DNA from: an uncultured Clostridia bacterium
GTDB lineage: Bacteria > Bacillota > Clostridia > Christensenellales > CAG-138
DNA length: 49,687 nucleotides
Assembly: GCA_946631895.1 (NCBI GenBank)
Contig: CAMPAN010000004.1
Coordinates: 1-49,687, forward strand
Reading direction: 5' to 3'
The notes below the pieces were generated by a model. That model saw nothing but the letters and a program-made list of their open reading frames with translations. It had not been told where the DNA came from and did not search any database. The translations under genes were made by a program, and so were the position numbers. This document shows positions 19,117-28,825 of the stretch, one piece after another. Numbering within the stretch: the stretch's first letter is position 1; every line of letters starts with the position of its first letter.

Positions 19117-20376
19117 TTATTCGTCCTTCCACTGATACTGGATATGGAACGGATAGCCGTCGCCGATCATATCCACGATCGCGTAATACGCGTCCACATC
19201 GCTCATTTCAAGCACGATCGTTGTAAGCTTCTTGCAGCCTTTCAGATTGTAATACTGCTCTTCCGGAATCGGGCACTTCCCGAGATCCAGCTTTTTCAGC
19301 ACGGCAAAATTATTGAAATAGCTCAGATCGCTGACCTTCGTATGGTTCAGCCGCAGCTGCGTGAGCTTCTTCAGCTTCGTCAGCGGCTTCACGTTCTTCA
19401 GCTTGCTGTTGCGCCCGATGTGCAGGAATTTCAGTTTTGAGAGCTTCGACAGCGGCGTAACGTCGGTGATCTTCTTGAGATCGTAAAGATACAGCGTTTC
19501 GAGATTCGTCAGGTTCGAAAGCGGTTTCAGATCCTCATCCGTCAGCGGATTGCCCGCAAGGTTCAGATAGGTGAGCTTTTTGAGCCCCGAAAGCGCTTCG
19601 GTGTCGTCGATCTTATTGTGCGAAAGGTTCATCCAGCGCAGATTCGTAAGACTCTCCAGCCAGGAAATGTCCGTGATCGCATTGCCATCGCCCGTGCCGC
19701 AGTATGTGAACGCCAGCTTTTTGAGCTTTGTGAGCTTCCCGATCGGCGCGTAATTCTCCAGACTGCAGTATTCGAGCACGAGCTCCTCAAGATCCGGGCA
19801 CAGCGTGACAAGGTTCTGTACCTCTTCCTCGGTGATGTGGCGCGGCTTTTTGCTCTTGCCGTTGATGCCGCGGCTCTTGCCGTTGATCTTCTTCTCGCCC
19901 ACCTTGATCGTCTTTCCGCCGAACATGAACGAATCCGGCATCTGCGTCGGCGCGGCGGTCGGCGCGTCCGTCTGCTCCGGCGTCGTCACCGTGATCGGTT
20001 CCGGCGTCGTCACGACGATCGGTTCCGGCGTCTGCTGCGTCTCCGGATCCTCCGGGTCTTCCGGATCCTCCGGGTTTTCCGGATCTTCCGGATCCTCCGG
20101 GTTTTCCGGGTCTTCCGGATCTTCCGGATCTTCCGGCGCCCACGGGTCCGGATCCGCCTGCTGCGGCGTCCCCTCCGACGATTCCGGAAGCAGGCTCGTC
20201 TCCGCACCGCGGTTCTCCGGCGTTTCGCCCGGATCGCACTGTATGATCTTAAAGTGCAGCAGCACGAAAATCGAACCGGTAAGCAACAGCACAAAAATCA
20301 CACTGCACAGCAGTATGAACAACCAGAGCGGGATTCCGCCGCCCTTATGATTTCGCGATCCGGATGAATATTCCAT
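19117..20376 (-). CDS. Membrane-anchored internalin-like leucine-rich-repeat protein
   Basis: ATG 20376 after AAGGAGG; TM helix, (PED/PEN)n linker, LxxLxxLxLxxN repeats. Confidence 0.88.
   Translation of the reverse strand: MEYSSGSRNHKGGGIPLWLFILLCSVIFVLLLTGSIFVLLHFKIIQCDPGETPENRGAETSLLPESSEGTPQQADPDPWAPEDPEDPEDPENPEDPEDPENPEDPEDPEDPETQQTPEPIVVTTPEPITVTTPEQTDAPTAAPTQMPDSFMFGGKTIKVGEKKINGKSRGINGKSKKPRHITEEEVQNLVTLCPDLEELVLEYCSLENYAPIGKLTKLKKLAFTYCGTGDGNAITDISWLESLTNLRWMNLSHNKIDDTEALSGLKKLTYLNLAGNPLTDEDLKPLSNLTNLETLYLYDLKKITDVTPLSKLSKLKFLHIGRNSKLKNVKPLTKLKKLTQLRLNHTKVSDLSYFNNFAVLKKLDLGKCPIPEEQYYNLKGCKKLTTIVLEMSDVDAYYAIVDMIGDGYPFHIQYQWKDE
20040..20136 (-). repeat. 9-bp-period coding repeat (PED/PEN)n
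   Basis: PEDPEDPEDPENPEDPEDPENPEDPEDPEDPE. Confidence 0.9.
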
Positions 20377-20499
20377 AGCCCCCTCCTTATGATGATCCTT
20401 GTTCGGATGACAGTTACAGTATAACATGTTCTTTCGCTTTTGCAAAGGCAATACCGCGTTCCCGCGCGTATAATTGCAGGAATTTACAGTTTTCCGTGC

Positions 20500-20529
20500 A
20501 AAAAAACAGCGGGAGCATGCCGCTCCCGC
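20500..20529 (-). terminator. pckA terminator
   Basis: GCGGGAGC-loop-GCTCCCGC followed by TGTTTTTTT on the minus strand. Confidence 0.7.
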
Positions 20530-20552
20530 CGTCAGAGTGCTGTTTTCGGAAC

Positions 20553-22151
20553 TTACGCCTTCGGACCTGCGTTCTTGATCGCCTCGGGCATGTCGGGATA
20601 CTTCTTCTCGAAGTTCGTCTGGAACATGCCGGCGAGCTTCTTCGCCTGCGCGTCGTAGGCTTCCTTATCCGCCCAGAGGTTGCGCGGATTCATGATCTCT
20701 TCGGGCACGTCCGCACCGGGCACGAACGCGGGCACGTCGAGGTTGAACACGTCGTTGTGCGTGAACGGGACGTTTTCCTTCGCATACGCGTCGTTCAGCG
20801 CGGCGGTGATCATCGCGCGGGTGTAGCGCAGCTTCATGCGCGGGTTCTTGGTTCCGTCCGGATTGACCGCGGGACCGGAAACCCAACCGGTGTTCACAAG
20901 ATACACCTTCGTGTTGTACTTTTCGATGCGCTCGCCGAGCATGCCCGCGTAGACCGATGCGCGGAGCGGCATGAACGGCTCGCCGAACAGCGTGGAGAAC
21001 GTCGGAACCGGCTCGTTGATGCCGATCTCGGTGCCCGCAACCTTGGAGGTGAAGCCAGTGACGAACTGATACATCGCCGCTTCCTTCGAAAGCAGGGAGA
21101 TGGGCGGGAGCACGCCGAATGAGTCGCAGGTCAGGAAGATGACGACCTTCGGGATGCCGCCGATGCCGGGGATCGCGGCGTTCGGAATGTACTCGACCGG
21201 ATAGCCCACGCGGCTGTTGATTGCAAGGCTCGGATCGGAGTAGTCCGGCTGGCGCCTGTCGTTGACCACAACGTTCTCGACCAGCGAACCGAAGCGGATC
21301 GCGCGATAGATCTCCGGCTGTTCCTCTTCGACGAGGTCGATGCACTTTGCGTAGCAGCCGCCTTCGATATTGAAGATGCCCTCTTCATCCCAGCCGTGCT
21401 CGTCGTCGCCGATCAGCATGCGGTTCGGGTCTGCGGACAGCGTCGTCTTGCCGGTGCCGGAAAGACCGAAGAAGACCGCTGTCTCTTTCGTTTCGGGATC
21501 CATGTTCGCCGAGCAGTGCATCGGCAGCGTGCCTTCGAGCGGCAGCACGAAGTTCATGGTGGAGAAGACGGATTTTTTGATCTCGCCCGCGTACTGACTT
21601 CCCGCGACGATGATCATGTGCGCTTCATAGTCGATCATGATCGCCGCTTCGGAGCGCGTGCCGTCGATCTCGGGGCTGCACTTGAAGCCCGGGCACGCAA
21701 TCAGCGTGTAATCCGGCTCGCCGAAATTCTCCAGCTCCTCTTCCGTCGGACGAACGAGCAGGTCGCGGATGAACAGCGCCTCGCTTGCGAGCTCGCAGAT
21801 CACGCGGAACTTCTTTGCGTATTTCTTGTCCGCGCCGGCAAAGCCGTCGAACACGAACACGTCGCGTCCCTGCAGGTATGCGACCATCTTGGACTTGATG
21901 GCGTTGAACTTCTCGCGCTTCACGGGCACGTTGACCTTGCCCCACGCGATCAGATCGTGCACGCCTTCGGAATCCACGATGAACTTGTCCTGCGCGCTTC
22001 TGCCGGTATACTTGCCGGTTTTGACGAGCAGCGCGCCGTTGTCCATGATGACGCCTTCGCCGCGTTCCAGCGCATGCTCATAGAGCTCCGGAACCGTCAG
22101 GTTGCGGTAGACCGCTTTGGGATGGATGATGCCGAGATGTTCGAGATTCAT
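20553..22151 (-). CDS. pckA: Phosphoenolpyruvate carboxykinase (ATP)
   Basis: YTGRS, YAGEIKK, MHCSAN, FGLSGTGKTTLS, LIGDDEHGW, EGGCYAK. Confidence 0.97.
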   Translation of the reverse strand: MNLEHLGIIHPKAVYRNLTVPELYEHALERGEGVIMDNGALLVKTGKYTGRSAQDKFIVDSEGVHDLIAWGKVNVPVKREKFNAIKSKMVAYLQGRDVFVFDGFAGADKKYAKKFRVICELASEALFIRDLLVRPTEEELENFGEPDYTLIACPGFKCSPEIDGTRSEAAIMIDYEAHMIIVAGSQYAGEIKKSVFSTMNFVLPLEGTLPMHCSANMDPETKETAVFFGLSGTGKTTLSADPNRMLIGDDEHGWDEEGIFNIEGGCYAKCIDLVEEEQPEIYRAIRFGSLVENVVVNDRRQPDYSDPSLAINSRVGYPVEYIPNAAIPGIGGIPKVVIFLTCDSFGVLPPISLLSKEAAMYQFVTGFTSKVAGTEIGINEPVPTFSTLFGEPFMPLRASVYAGMLGERIEKYNTKVYLVNTGWVSGPAVNPDGTKNPRMKLRYTRAMITAALNDAYAKENVPFTHNDVFNLDVPAFVPGADVPEEIMNPRNLWADKEAYDAQAKKLAGMFQTNFEKKYPDMPEAIKNAGPKA

Positions 22152-22252
22152 TTCGTTTTCTCCTTTTCATAATAATCTTTGGAAAGCGGCATGTTCCCAT
22201 ATCGCCCCATCTTAGCTTCAGTATACTCCGTCCCGCGCCCGATTGCAAGAGC

Positions 22253-22644
22253 ATTTCATGCGCCGCAAGGCAGAATTCATGCCGAAGGGACGATTCATTG
22301 GCAATCCCTCCGCCTCGTTCCTCGGCACCTCTCTTTTTAACACTTCGCTTCCACTACGCTACGCTTCGTTACAGAGGTAGATCGCGCGTTTGATCGCGCG
22401 TACCATGCTTCGTTGCTGCGGTAGATCGCGCGCTTCCCGCGCGTACCATCCACAAGGGAGGCCTTTGGGCGCGCTGTTCTTGCCTCCCCTGTGCAAGGGG
22501 AGGTGGGTGAACGCAGTGAACCCGGAAGGGTTGTTCATGCGACTTTGCCGCAATTCATTTACGACCCTCCCGTCAGCCGTTCGGCTGCCACCCTCCCTGA
22601 CAAGGGAGGGTCGACGTTCACGCGCAAGGCGGAATTCATTCCGC
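22253..22644. repeat. REP/BIME-like intergenic mosaic of palindromic units, one interrupted by a duplicated insert
   Basis: Three CCTCCC..AAGGGAGG hairpin units at 22302-22462 (interrupted), 22482-22533 (inverted) and 22562-22612; short ATTCAT-anchored repeats; 44/43-bp direct repeat at 22363-22449. Confidence 0.8.
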
Positions 22645-23208
22645 TTATCGTCCGACGAACAGCTTTGCATACCAAAGGAGAACCGTGAACAGCACGGACA
22701 GCGCCGGAATGCCGACCGCGTTCAGAATCACCGTCGGCGCGCTTCTGTTTTCGATCTGTTTTTTGAGCTTTCCCCGGACCTTTTCGGCATACTCCTTTCG
22801 GTTCCGGATCCGGTTGCCCCGGTAGAGCGTAAATCTGCGGGAAAAAAGCGCCGGACCCCATGAGAGAAGCGCGCAGATCGTTGACGCCCGGACGGCAAAC
22901 AGCGTCCATTCCGCCTTGAGCCATAGATTCGAAATCACCGCCGATACAAGCAGAACGGAAGAAACGAGAAATACCCAGAACTGCGTATAGTACCCGATGG
23001 GCACGTCCTTGCGAATGTCCAGGAACAGCAGTTTTTTCATGCTCCCGTATCGTTCCGGAAAGTGAAAAAGCTTCTTTGCGCTTCTCCTTCCGTGGATGAA
23101 TTCGATATCGTCATGAAAGCGCACGTCGAATGCAACATAACACAGCGGAAGCATCAGCAGATACGCGATCAGCACGCCGACGGACGCCAGAATATTGCGA
23201 ACGATCAT
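22645..23208 (-). CDS. Hypothetical membrane protein (187 aa)
   Basis: ATG 23208 after GGAG; four hydrophobic segments. The longer track ORF overlaps the upstream gene. Confidence 0.65.
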   Translation of the reverse strand: MIVRNILASVGVLIAYLLMLPLCYVAFDVRFHDDIEFIHGRRSAKKLFHFPERYGSMKKLLFLDIRKDVPIGYYTQFWVFLVSSVLLVSAVISNLWLKAEWTLFAVRASTICALLSWGPALFSRRFTLYRGNRIRNRKEYAEKVRGKLKKQIENRSAPTVILNAVGIPALSVLFTVLLWYAKLFVGR

Positions 23209-23224
23209 AGAATTGCTCCATTCG

Positions 23225-23632
23225 TTAAACAGTCGGATTGCAATTGAGCCCGTTCCGGAAGAGCAGGATGCGCAATACCGCGAGAACGATCCATTTGCTG
23301 CCGCATACGGCGACCCAGATCCACAGGAGCGGCAGCCGTTCCGACGCGGCTGCAAACAGCAGAAACGCATCGGAAAGCAGTGCGACGACCGCATATCCGA
23401 GATACAGCCTTCGGATCCTCTGCGCCGTCTCCGGCTTCCTGCACTCCGCTGCGACGGAGGCAAGCGTGAGCCTGTCCCAAAGCGAAAGCTCCCGCAGACG
23501 TTCCGTTCTTTTCTTCTTTCGCACATACTTTCCGCAGCCGCCGAACCGCAGCGCAAGCAGCGCTCGGCGAAAGCTGTACAGAATCAGCCCGTCGAGCAGC
23601 AGGACCGAGAGCATGAGCAAAGCTTGTTTCAC
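23225..23632 (-). CDS. Hypothetical membrane protein (~135 aa)
   Basis: Probable GTG start (VKQALLML); three hydrophobic segments; same TM-basic loop-TM-TM layout as the downstream gene. Confidence 0.55.
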   Translation of the reverse strand: MKQALLMLSVLLLDGLILYSFRRALLALRFGGCGKYVRKKKRTERLRELSLWDRLTLASVAAECRKPETAQRIRRLYLGYAVVALLSDAFLLFAAASERLPLLWIWVAVCGSKWIVLAVLRILLFRNGLNCNPTV

Positions 23633-23753
23633 GTTTGATACCTGTCCTTCCGCGTTCTCCGATCCGATAACGAAACGATCGTTTCCGAAACAGCCGGGAA
23701 ATGCCGTTTCATTGTCTTTTCTGCGAGACCTCATTTCCCGATACCATCCTATC

Positions 23754-23786
23754 AAAACAGGACCGTATCTGTAAACCGGTCCTTTT
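23754..23786 (-). terminator. Probable terminator
   Basis: AGGACCG...CGGTCCT flanked by A and T tracts. Confidence 0.5.
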
Positions 23787-23842
23787 CGGAAATAGATTGC
23801 CGTATATTGTGAAAAACGCGGAATTACAGCCGAAGCCGCGCG

Positions 23843-24724
23843 TCACTCCTGATTGATCTCGTGCTTCAGGCACTCCTTCATATAGAGGACGCAGTAGTCC
23901 TCGAAGCTCTCCTCGGCTTCGGCGCTCGAAAGAAGCATCTTCAGGATGCGGTACGGGATCACAATATTGCCGGTCGTGTCGCGCTTGCTGTTGCGCGCCG
24001 CAAGGTGGATGATGACCTCGTGCATGTCCTTTGCGCGGAACGCCTCCTGATACTGCTTTTTCGCCTGCTCGCGGTAGCGGCGGCACGACCGGTTATGCAG
24101 GATCCGCAGTACCGTCGCGATGCCGAAGGTCAGCGGCAGAAACGCCGAGATCGAGATCCAGGACGGGATCCGTGTGAGAAAACCGTAAAAGTCTTCCCAG
24201 TGTCCGAGCACCGCCACAAGCGTATAGTAGATGCAGGCATAGATGAACACCGGAATCAGCGAAAGGAAGGTCGAGGCAAAGGTGAGGTGCGTATCCTTCA
24301 GAACAAAGCAGAACACAAGGATCGCAAGGATCGGGCAGAGCCCGTGCAGGAAGAACCGCGAGCCGGTGAAGATCAGCACGAATCCTTTGACCGGCGCGAG
24401 GATAAAGAGCGAAACGAGAAACGTCAGCGAGAGCGCGGTCGACGAGACAAACAACAGGCGCACCAGCCAGTCCGGCAAGCGGAAATAGCCGTTCCGGAGA
24501 CCGTCGACCGTATACGGCAGCGTCAGAAACATTGCGATGCCCATAAAGATATTGGAATTGACGGTGAACATGCAGAACGTCTCGATCCCCATGTGGTCGA
24601 AGTTCTCATCCTCGAGCGTCGTGAGGTTCATGACCACGCCGACGCATACGCAGATCACGACCGCCGCCGAGAACAGCAGCGTCAGCAAGCATTTCCGGCG
24701 ATTGACGTTTTCGATCCGTTTCAT
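23843..24724 (-). CDS. Integral membrane protein (Pr6Pr/FAR-17a-like)
   Basis: FTVNSN and FFLHGLCPIL motifs, six TM segments; ATG 24724 after AAGGGGG. Confidence 0.75.
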   Translation of the reverse strand: MKRIENVNRRKCLLTLLFSAAVVICVCVGVVMNLTTLEDENFDHMGIETFCMFTVNSNIFMGIAMFLTLPYTVDGLRNGYFRLPDWLVRLLFVSSTALSLTFLVSLFILAPVKGFVLIFTGSRFFLHGLCPILAILVFCFVLKDTHLTFASTFLSLIPVFIYACIYYTLVAVLGHWEDFYGFLTRIPSWISISAFLPLTFGIATVLRILHNRSCRRYREQAKKQYQEAFRAKDMHEVIIHLAARNSKRDTTGNIVIPYRILKMLLSSAEAEESFEDYCVLYMKECLKHEINQE

Positions 24725-24919
24725 TGCCCGCACCCCCCTTTTCTTAAATACAATAGTATAGAATCCGTCCCGGGATGTCAAGCGGTTCCTGCGTCTGCGC
24801 GCCATTCGCGGTGTTCGGAGAAGCAATCCCTGCGCCTGCGGCGCATGAGGCGGCGGAGACGTCATAATATCACAGAATGTTTACTGGTAAAACCGGAACT
24901 GCTATGCTATAATGGTATC

Positions 24920-26194
24920 ATGAAGAGGTTTTGGTGTCTGATCTTGATCGCGATCCTGCTGCTCGGCTGCGGGACGGAACCGAACGCGCCGATCGTCGAG
25001 ATCGATCCCGCGCAGGACACCGCTGCGCCGGAAACCGCCGCGGTCCCCGAAACGCCTGCCCCGACGCCGACCGAAGCGCCGACGCCGGAGCCGACGCCCA
25101 CGCCGGAGCCGACGCCGGAACCCACGCTGTCGCCCGAACAGCGCCTGTATGCCTACATCGACGGCATGCGCACCGAAGAAAAGATCGGTCAGCTCTGCAT
25201 GTTCGGCTTTTCCGGAACGAAGGAAATCAGTTCGGAATTCAAAAAGATCATGCAGGAGTATCACATCGGCAATGTGATCCTCTTCGGGCAGAACATGTCC
25301 CGGACGAACAGCGACGGCGGCTTCGGACAGTGCCGCAGGCTCAGCGACAGCGTCCGGAACGCGAATGTCAGTGAGATCCCGCTTCTGATCAGTACGGACG
25401 TCGAGGGCGGAAGGGTCACCCGCTTCCATTGGAGCAAGTCGCTTCTGAGCGCGCAGTCGCTCGGCAAAAAGGACGATCCGGACCGCGCGTTCGACCAGTT
25501 CCGCTACATTGCGGACGGTCTCTGCCGCGCGGGAATCAACGTGGATCTTGCCCCGTGCCTGGACATTGCGCCGGATCCGGATTCGACCTTTCTCGGGAAG
25601 CGCATCATTTCCTCCGACGCGGAAGTGACCGCGCGCATCGGCGCCGCCTGCATCGACGGTCTGCACGACGGCGGTTGCCTGTCCATCGTCAAGCATTTCC
25701 CGGGGCACGGCGCGACGACGGCGGATTCGCACGCATCCACGCCGGTCGTCAGGAAATCGCTCGATTCGCTCGAAAGCTACGAGCTGCGTCCGTTCTCGGA
25801 CCTGATCCATGCCGCGGACGGCGTGATGGTCGCGCACATCCTGTACCCCTCGATCGACGCGGATCACATCGCGAGCCAGTCCGAGGTATTCCTGACGGAG
25901 ATTCTGCGGGACGGGCTCGGCTTCGAGGGATTCATCATGAGCGACGATTTCCGCATGGCGGGGCTCCGGAAACAGACCTCGCTTTCCGACGGCGCGGTGC
26001 AGTTCATCCTTGCGGGCGGGGATCTGATCCTGTGCGGCGCAAACCATACCTATCAAAGGCAGATTCTCGACGGTCTCTATAAGGCGGTCGAAAACGGCAC
26101 GATCGGAGAGCAGCGGCTCAATGAAAGCGTGTACCGGATTCTTTCGGCAAAGATGCGGGTCACCGGATGGAACCCGTTCGAATATGAGGATTGA
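24920..26194 (+). CDS. GH3 beta-N-acetylhexosaminidase (NagZ-like) lipoprotein
   Basis: Lipobox LLGC, PT linker, STDVEGGRVTR, KHFPGHG..ADSH, IMSDDFRM; real start at ATG 24920. Confidence 0.9.
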   Translation: MKRFWCLILIAILLLGCGTEPNAPIVEIDPAQDTAAPETAAVPETPAPTPTEAPTPEPTPTPEPTPEPTLSPEQRLYAYIDGMRTEEKIGQLCMFGFSGTKEISSEFKKIMQEYHIGNVILFGQNMSRTNSDGGFGQCRRLSDSVRNANVSEIPLLISTDVEGGRVTRFHWSKSLLSAQSLGKKDDPDRAFDQFRYIADGLCRAGINVDLAPCLDIAPDPDSTFLGKRIISSDAEVTARIGAACIDGLHDGGCLSIVKHFPGHGATTADSHASTPVVRKSLDSLESYELRPFSDLIHAADGVMVAHILYPSIDADHIASQSEVFLTEILRDGLGFEGFIMSDDFRMAGLRKQTSLSDGAVQFILAGGDLILCGANHTYQRQILDGLYKAVENGTIGEQRLNESVYRILSAKMRVTGWNPFEYED

Positions 26195-26205
26195 GGAGCA
26201 AACCC

Positions 26206-27693
26206 ATGACAAAAATCGGATTTGACAACGAGAAGTATATCTCGATGCAGTCGCAGCGGATCCTGGAGCGTATCGCTTCGTTCGGGGACAAGCTGTATCT
26301 GGAGTTCGGCGGCAAGCTGTTCGACGACTACCACGCGGCTCGTGTGCTGCCGGGCTTCGAACCGGACAGCAAGATCCGCATGCTGGAAAAACTCAGGGAC
26401 AGCACGGAGATCATCATTGCGATCCACGCGGGCGACATCGAGCACAACAAGGTCAGAAACGACCTCGATATCGCTTACGACCGCGAGGTCCTGCGTCTCA
26501 CCGACGCGTTCCGCAAGAAGGGACTGCTCGTGTCCGGCGTTGTTATTACGCGGTACGCAAGCCAGCCTGCGGTCGACGCCTTTGCGGACAAGCTCCGCCG
26601 GCTCGGCGTGAAGGTCTACTTCCACTATCCGATCGCAGGTTATCCGCAAAACCCCGGCCTGATCCTGAGCCCCGAAGGCTTCGGCAAAAACCAGTTTGTG
26701 GAAACGACGCGTCCTCTGGTCGTCGTCACCGCGCCGGGTCCGGGCAGCGGCAAGCTCGCCGTGTGTCTGTCGCAGGTCTATCAGGAGTTCACGCGCGGCG
26801 TACGCGCGGGCTACGCGAAGTTCGAGACGTTCCCGATCTGGAACCTGCCCGTTTCGCATCCGGTCAACCTCGCCTATGAAGCGGCGACGACCGACCTTGA
26901 CGACGTGAATCTGATCGACCCGTTCCACCTCGAAGCGTACGGCAAGACGACGACGAACTACAACCGCGACGTCGAATCCTTCCCGGTGCTGAACATGATG
27001 TTCGAGCACATCTACGGCACGTCTCCCTACCATTCGCCGACGGACATGGGCGTCAATATGGTCGGCTTCTGCATCACCGACGACGACGCGGTGCGCAAGG
27101 CTGCCTGTCAGGAGATCATCCGCCGCTACTACAGCGCCGCGTGCGCGTTCAAGCGCGGTCTCATCGACCGCGATCAGATCGACAAGGCGGAATTTTTGAT
27201 GACCCGCGCGGGCGTCACGATCGCAGACCGTCCGGTGGTCGCGGCGGCGCTTGCGCGCGACAGGGAGACCGGCGGCGCGGCTATGGCGATCGAACTGCCC
27301 GACGGACAGATGGTCACCGGCAGAAACGGCACGATGATGGGCGCCGCGGCAGGCGCGCTGATGAACGCGCTGAAGGCGCTCGCGGGCATTCAGCCGGATA
27401 TCGACCTCATCGCGCCGATCGTTCTCGAACCGATCCGCAAGCTCAAGACGGACCATTTCGGCAGCGAAAATCCGCGGCTGCACAGCGACGAGCTTCTGTA
27501 TGCGCTCAGCATCTGCGCCACGATGAACCCGACCGCCGATCGCGCCATGAAAGCGCTGGGAGGGCTCAAGGGACTCGAAGCGCATTCGACCGTGATGCTT
27601 TCCCGCGTCGATCTCGAGGTCTATCGCCGTCTCGGCATCAATCTGACCTGCGAGCCGCAGCGCAAGACCAACCGGCTCTTCGATCATAACTGA
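26206..27693 (+). CDS. DUF1846 / UPF0371 family protein
   Basis: KIGFDNEKY, KLYLEFGGKLFDDYHAARVLPGF, TAPGPGSGK, YAKFETFPIWNLP, SPTDMGVNM. Confidence 0.92.
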   Translation: MTKIGFDNEKYISMQSQRILERIASFGDKLYLEFGGKLFDDYHAARVLPGFEPDSKIRMLEKLRDSTEIIIAIHAGDIEHNKVRNDLDIAYDREVLRLTDAFRKKGLLVSGVVITRYASQPAVDAFADKLRRLGVKVYFHYPIAGYPQNPGLILSPEGFGKNQFVETTRPLVVVTAPGPGSGKLAVCLSQVYQEFTRGVRAGYAKFETFPIWNLPVSHPVNLAYEAATTDLDDVNLIDPFHLEAYGKTTTNYNRDVESFPVLNMMFEHIYGTSPYHSPTDMGVNMVGFCITDDDAVRKAACQEIIRRYYSAACAFKRGLIDRDQIDKAEFLMTRAGVTIADRPVVAAALARDRETGGAAMAIELPDGQMVTGRNGTMMGAAAGALMNALKALAGIQPDIDLIAPIVLEPIRKLKTDHFGSENPRLHSDELLYALSICATMNPTADRAMKALGGLKGLEAHSTVMLSRVDLEVYRRLGINLTCEPQRKTNRLFDHN

Positions 27694-27696
27694 GCT

Positions 27697-28764
27697 ATGA
27701 AACGAATCCTTCCGATCCTGTTTGCGATCCTGTTTCTGTTGACGGGCTGCACGCCGAAGACCGGCGATACGGCGATCGAGGCGTTCCGTCCGGTTTCCAC
27801 GCCGGACACGGAAGCCTTTGAGGAAGCGATCGTCCTGGTCACCCCGGAACCGACGCCCGAACCCACGCCGACGCCGGAGCCTACGCCGACGCCGGAACCC
27901 ACACCGACGCCGGAGCCCACGCCCACGCCGGAACCCACGCCGACGCCGATGCCTTTCGTCGCCCTGGCGCTGCCGAAAGACGTGCGCGCGCGCAACGGAT
28001 TCACCGCCTCCGAACTGCGCGGCGTCGTGCGGCGCAATGCGGACGGCGCATTCTTTGCCTACGGTACCGTCGGCAGTTCCGAGCCTCAATTCTATCCCTG
28101 CGACAAGACCGGCGCGGTCGCGCTCGGAGAAGCGCCCGCCGGAATCGTCTGCACCGTTCCCTCCTACACGCCGGTCGACGCCCCTTCAAAGGAGGGCGAA
28201 AAGCTGCTGGTCGTATATCTCGGCTCGCAGTGCGTCGTGGGATACGAGGGAAAGGACGGAGATTGGGAACAGCTGCGCGTGATGATCTGTTCGACCGGCA
28301 GAAGAAATCACGATACGCCGGTCGGCAATTACAAGATCTACGATTCCTATCAATATAAGGAACTCGGCATGAACGATACGCATTGCTTCGGCTTCTGGGC
28401 ATGCCGGTTCAAGGAGCATCATCTGTTCCATTCCGTGCCGATCAGCTTCGACGCCGGACGCAATCAGGAAAAAGGGCACCGCATGTGCAACATGCACAAG
28501 TACGAAAAGCTCGGTTCGGTCGCGTCGGACGGATGCATCCGCCTGACGGTCGCGGACGCAAAGTGGATCTACGATCTCTATAACAAGGGCGAAACGAAGG
28601 TCGCGGTACGCGTCGTTAAGGACAAGGGACCGACGCCAGAAAAGCCGCCCGCCATCATCTGGGAAGCGCCGTATACCGACAAAAAGGGCTTCGGCTGGGA
28701 TCCGACCGACCCCGATCCGGACAATCCGTATCATCAGATCTACGGAACGCCGGCGCAGCCGTAA
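27697..28764 (+). CDS. L,D-transpeptidase (YkuD-family) lipoprotein
   Basis: Lipobox LTGC, (PTPTPE)n linker, ICSTG..TPVG, LFHSVP...ASDGCIRL. Confidence 0.88.
   Translation: MKRILPILFAILFLLTGCTPKTGDTAIEAFRPVSTPDTEAFEEAIVLVTPEPTPEPTPTPEPTPTPEPTPTPEPTPTPEPTPTPMPFVALALPKDVRARNGFTASELRGVVRRNADGAFFAYGTVGSSEPQFYPCDKTGAVALGEAPAGIVCTVPSYTPVDAPSKEGEKLLVVYLGSQCVVGYEGKDGDWEQLRVMICSTGRRNHDTPVGNYKIYDSYQYKELGMNDTHCFGFWACRFKEHHLFHSVPISFDAGRNQEKGHRMCNMHKYEKLGSVASDGCIRLTVADAKWIYDLYNKGETKVAVRVVKDKGPTPEKPPAIIWEAPYTDKKGFGWDPTDPDPDNPYHQIYGTPAQP
27841..27948 (+). repeat. 18-bp-period coding repeat (TPEPTP)n
   Basis: TPEPTPEPTPTPEPTPTPEPTPTPEPTPTPEPTPTP. Confidence 0.9.
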
Positions 28765-28780
28765 CCGTATTTGGTACACG

Positions 28781-28811
28781 AAAAAGGAGCTGTCACGAAA
28801 CAGCTCCTTTT
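28781..28811. terminator. Bidirectional terminator
   Basis: AAAAGGAGCTGT-loop-ACAGCTCCTTTT. Confidence 0.8.
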
Positions 28812-28825
28812 GCATTTGTTTTTTA

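Noticed and set aside
22359-22924. Several short ORFs across the REP mosaic
   Set aside because: Chance frames through palindromic repeats.
23625-23640. Third parS site (TGTTTCACGTTTGATA)
   Set aside because: Only one half-site matches; four mismatches in the other half.
23861-24919. N-terminal extension making the GH3 ORF 777 aa
   Set aside because: Antisense to the 23843-24724 gene; the lipoprotein signal and promoter place the start at 24920.
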